This document shows positions 33,930 through 36,693 of a DNA stretch of 36,693 bases, piece by piece; the first letter of the stretch is position 1; every line of letters begins with the position of its first letter. Source of the DNA: Octopus bimaculoides (lineage: Eukaryota); NCBI RefSeq assembly GCF_001194135.2, contig NC_068981.1, forward strand, positions 73,186,016 to 73,222,708, in the 5' to 3' direction. Position numbers and translations under genes: made by a program. The notes under the pieces were generated by a model. The model saw nothing but the letters and a program-made list of their open reading frames with translations. It was not told where the DNA came from and did not search any database.

Positions 33930-34912
33930 TAGTAGCATACCAAAAATTTGTGTAATATTTGAGAATTTTTTAGGCACGTTATTTTACCTGCTTCAGCATA
34001 TGGTTGAAATGCTTCTGAAGTTGAAGCTGGCACTCTTGACGAGGAAGGTGTTCGCTTTGAAGGATGAACCATAGCTAACCGAGATGTGGTGTAGCCAGTT
34101 ATACCACAAAGTCTTTGTCTTTTTTTTAGATAGCCAGCTACCATGTTGATTAGTAATGTCAAACAAATCTTCAAAATTTTAACCTGGCTTCAGACGTTCA
34201 AATGGGTATCGTACCTTGTCAACAGAGTATTTACTTTTCTTACAACAGACTTTAATGTTATACACAGAAAATCAAATTGTTTCCACAGATTCTTTACTTC
34301 CTGAGCAATGAGCTGATTTCTTGCATGTCTGAATTTTTAAAAACTTTTGCTAATGCCTTATACATCCCAATGATGCTGGATTTTCTGCGGATTCTAGTTA
34401 GTTCTGTCAACTCATGTTCCACATTCGGTATTATTCTTCGCTTTTTAATAGACTTTTCAAAGTTATATTTTTTTGCCACTTTTTCGTGCTGTTCGCAATT
34501 GCTTGACTTGACTGCTTAATTGACATGATTGATGTTTTTATTTCACGGATTAGAGCAACATATTTTAATATCTTTAACAGAAAGATTAATGCATTCATGG
34601 ATTATCTCAACAACAAATAATATTACTCAAGATGTGAAACAACTTTTACTATTGTATATTTCATTATTTGCATTTCGCCAGGAAGTAACTTCAATCATAA
34701 ACTCCAATCATAAGCACCAATGCCGAACGTAATGCGAGTTTGACTAAGGCAATGCAAGTGTGACGCATTTGAAAATAGAAATATTAGTTGGTGGGGGAGG
34801 TTTTTGAAATTTTTAAAAAATGAACTGCTAGTCACTGTTTTCTCATCATTTCTCATAGCAAGTCACCCTGGCCATGTTCAATTTCAGAAAAAATTCAAGA
34901 AGTAATTACCCT
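33930..34912 (-). pseudogene. Frameshifted ORF remnant, probably the N-terminus of a DNA transposase-like protein
   Basis: Successive minus-strand frames read KRRIIPNVEHELTEL..MYKAL, IAQEVKNLWKQFDFLCITLKSVVRKVNTLLTRYD, NFEDLFDITNQHGSWLS and GITGYTTSRLAMVHPSKR. This recalls N-termini of invertebrate transposase-like proteins, from memory only and unverified. Confidence 0.35.
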
Positions 34913-34916
34913 ACCG

Positions 34917-35393
34917 TATGTATGTATGTATGTATGTATGCATGTATGTATGTATGTATGTATGTCTGTCTGTCTGTATGTATGTATGTATGTATGTAAC
35001 CCTGATTTTCTCTTTCATTTTCTCTGTCCTCATCGTATTTTCCTTTACACACATCTCCGTTTCAGTTTCATTGTCTTTTTCACTTTCCATCCTTTTCCTT
35101 CTGCTTATCTGTCTGACCGTCTGTCAGTTTGTCTGTCTGTCTGTCTGTCTGTCTGTTATATTTATGTATAAGTCTGTGTGTATATATATATGTATATGCA
35201 TATAAACCTATATATTTATATTCATAAACACGCACATTCACACAAATATGTATGGGGAGACAGAGAGCAAGAGTGAGAGAGAAAGGGACTGAGAGGGAGT
35301 GAGAGAGAGAAAGAGCGAAAGAGAGAGAGAAAGCGAGAAAGAGAGAGAGAGGGGGAGAGAGAGAGGGAGAGAGAGAAAGAGAGAGAGAGAGAG

Positions 35394-35445
<52 letters not shown>
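34917..35445. repeat. (TATG)n, (CTGT)n and (GA)n microsatellite field
   Basis: Read directly. Confidence 0.93.
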
Positions 35446-35448
<3 letters not shown>

Positions 35449-35590
35449 ACACATTGCTATCACTACATTCATCAGATGAAACGTTAAAGACTTAATAAGT
35501 TCCATCCTAGACATAAATAACTAATGAAGAGATTTTAAAAATCACCAACGAAAATATTACATTCACAGACTGAGGTGTCTTCGAAATAGT

Positions 35591-35757
35591 AAGACGGCGA
35601 GCTGGCAAAATCGTTAGCGGACCGGGAAAATGCTTAGCGGCATTTTGTCCGTCTTTACGGTATGAGTTCAGATTCTATCGAGGTCATCTTTGCCTTTCAT
35701 CCGTTCGGGGTTGATAAAATATGTACCAGTTGAACACTGGGATCGATTTAATCATTT
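35591..35757 (+). mobile_element. SINE family B
   Basis: AAGACGGCGAGCTGGCAAAATCGTTAGC..AATGCTTAGCGG..GAGTTCAGATTC..ACACTGGGATCGAT. Confidence 0.85.
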
Positions 35758-36332
35758 TAGGCCCTTGTGAGGAGGACTGCTAGAAACTCAGAAGGTCTAA
35801 AAGTCAGACCTGTCCATAGGACGGATGAACGCAGGAAGGCTCAATGACTATCTAGCAATAGCATGGATTGGTGTACGGTCTGCTGGATGACCACTGGAAG
35901 TGAGGTCCCCTGAGGTTTTGCTAAAGCATGTCTCTACGAGAAGGTTACTCTGATATATAACCAGCTATGCATAGTATAGCATTGAAATTTTGGTGGTCTT
36001 TGCTTTTGCTTGAGATCTTGGCACTCCCACATTCCTGAATCTGCGCCCCAAACTGGCACTGGATATATTGCTCTGGCTTGTCTTAACATCACGTCAGTGG
36101 ATCGGAAAGGGTTTGTGAGGAGTTGTACAAGCTTACTGGACCAAAACCATTAGGGTGTGCAATCGCCGGTGAGGCGACTACTCGATGCCTAGTCAAGTAC
36201 GGTGGCGCCGGTGAAGTCGACTGCCGGCACAATAACTTCATGTACGGGCATTATGGATATTTTGCACGGCCAATGGTCAGTGATGGTCTTCCTCGGTCAC
36301 AAGTTGACAGGTATCATATATATACATACGTA

Positions 36333-36542
36333 CAGGGTTGGCCAAAAGTCACTCAACAGTAAATAAAAATTCCTAAAATACTCTCTGTAGTTCTGACTCG
36401 AATGGGAAAATGTGTCGCTCAAGAAGGACTTCAGTTTGAACAATTTTCATGATGTTTCATATTTAGATGCTTGTATTTAATTCATTCAGTTATTAGGCTT
36501 GAATGGTCTTGAATTATGTTAGCTGACTTTTGACCAACCCTT
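36333..36542 (+). mobile_element. 210-bp Tc1/mariner-superfamily MITE-like derivative
   Basis: TIRs CAGGGTTGGCCAAAAGTCACTCAAC / reverse complement AAGGGTTGGTCAAAAGTCAGCTAAC, with TA at 36331-32 and 36543-44. Internal TRMGKCVAQEGLQFEQFS* resembles the C-terminal RxxxCVxxxGxHFE motif. Confidence 0.85.
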
Positions 36543-36693
36543 TATATATATATATATATATATATAAGCAATGTTAATTCTCTAAATGAAGTATTAACAG
36601 TAACTGCACGATGAAGTGTAGTATATTGCCACTTGAGTGTGGCTGACCCCTGGGGGTGGATGTTACTGTTGCTTTTAGCCCCAGGAGGACATC

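Noticed and set aside
36640-36693. Start of another interspersed repeat at the window edge
   Set aside because: It is truncated by the window and too short to classify.

Overview
AT-rich, repeat-dense eukaryotic (animal) genomic scaffold with ten N gaps, mostly flanked by microsatellites. The SINE and microsatellite repertoire looks like an octopus/cephalopod genome (inference from recalled repeat families, not verified). No intact host protein-coding gene is supported: the supplied ORFs are microsatellite or N read-throughs, or decayed transposon fragments. The window holds three internally deleted mariner copies, two Tc1/mariner mini-derivatives, a pogo/Tigger remnant, two long decayed CR1/Jockey-group LINEs, two solo LTRs with perfect 5-bp TSDs, a hAT-type MITE, a Penelope-like GIY-YIG remnant and about 12 SINE copies. 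The most notable structure is a ~960-bp foldback (24045-25005) made of two inverted ~420-480-bp arms. Its right arm carries a recognisable type I hammerhead ribozyme with a palindromic stem III, an unusually long stem II loop and an internal minisatellite. Also notable are a near-identical 210-bp inverted duplication inside old LINE debris and a compact CRE/E-box/CCAAT/GC-box cluster at ~15.95 kb.
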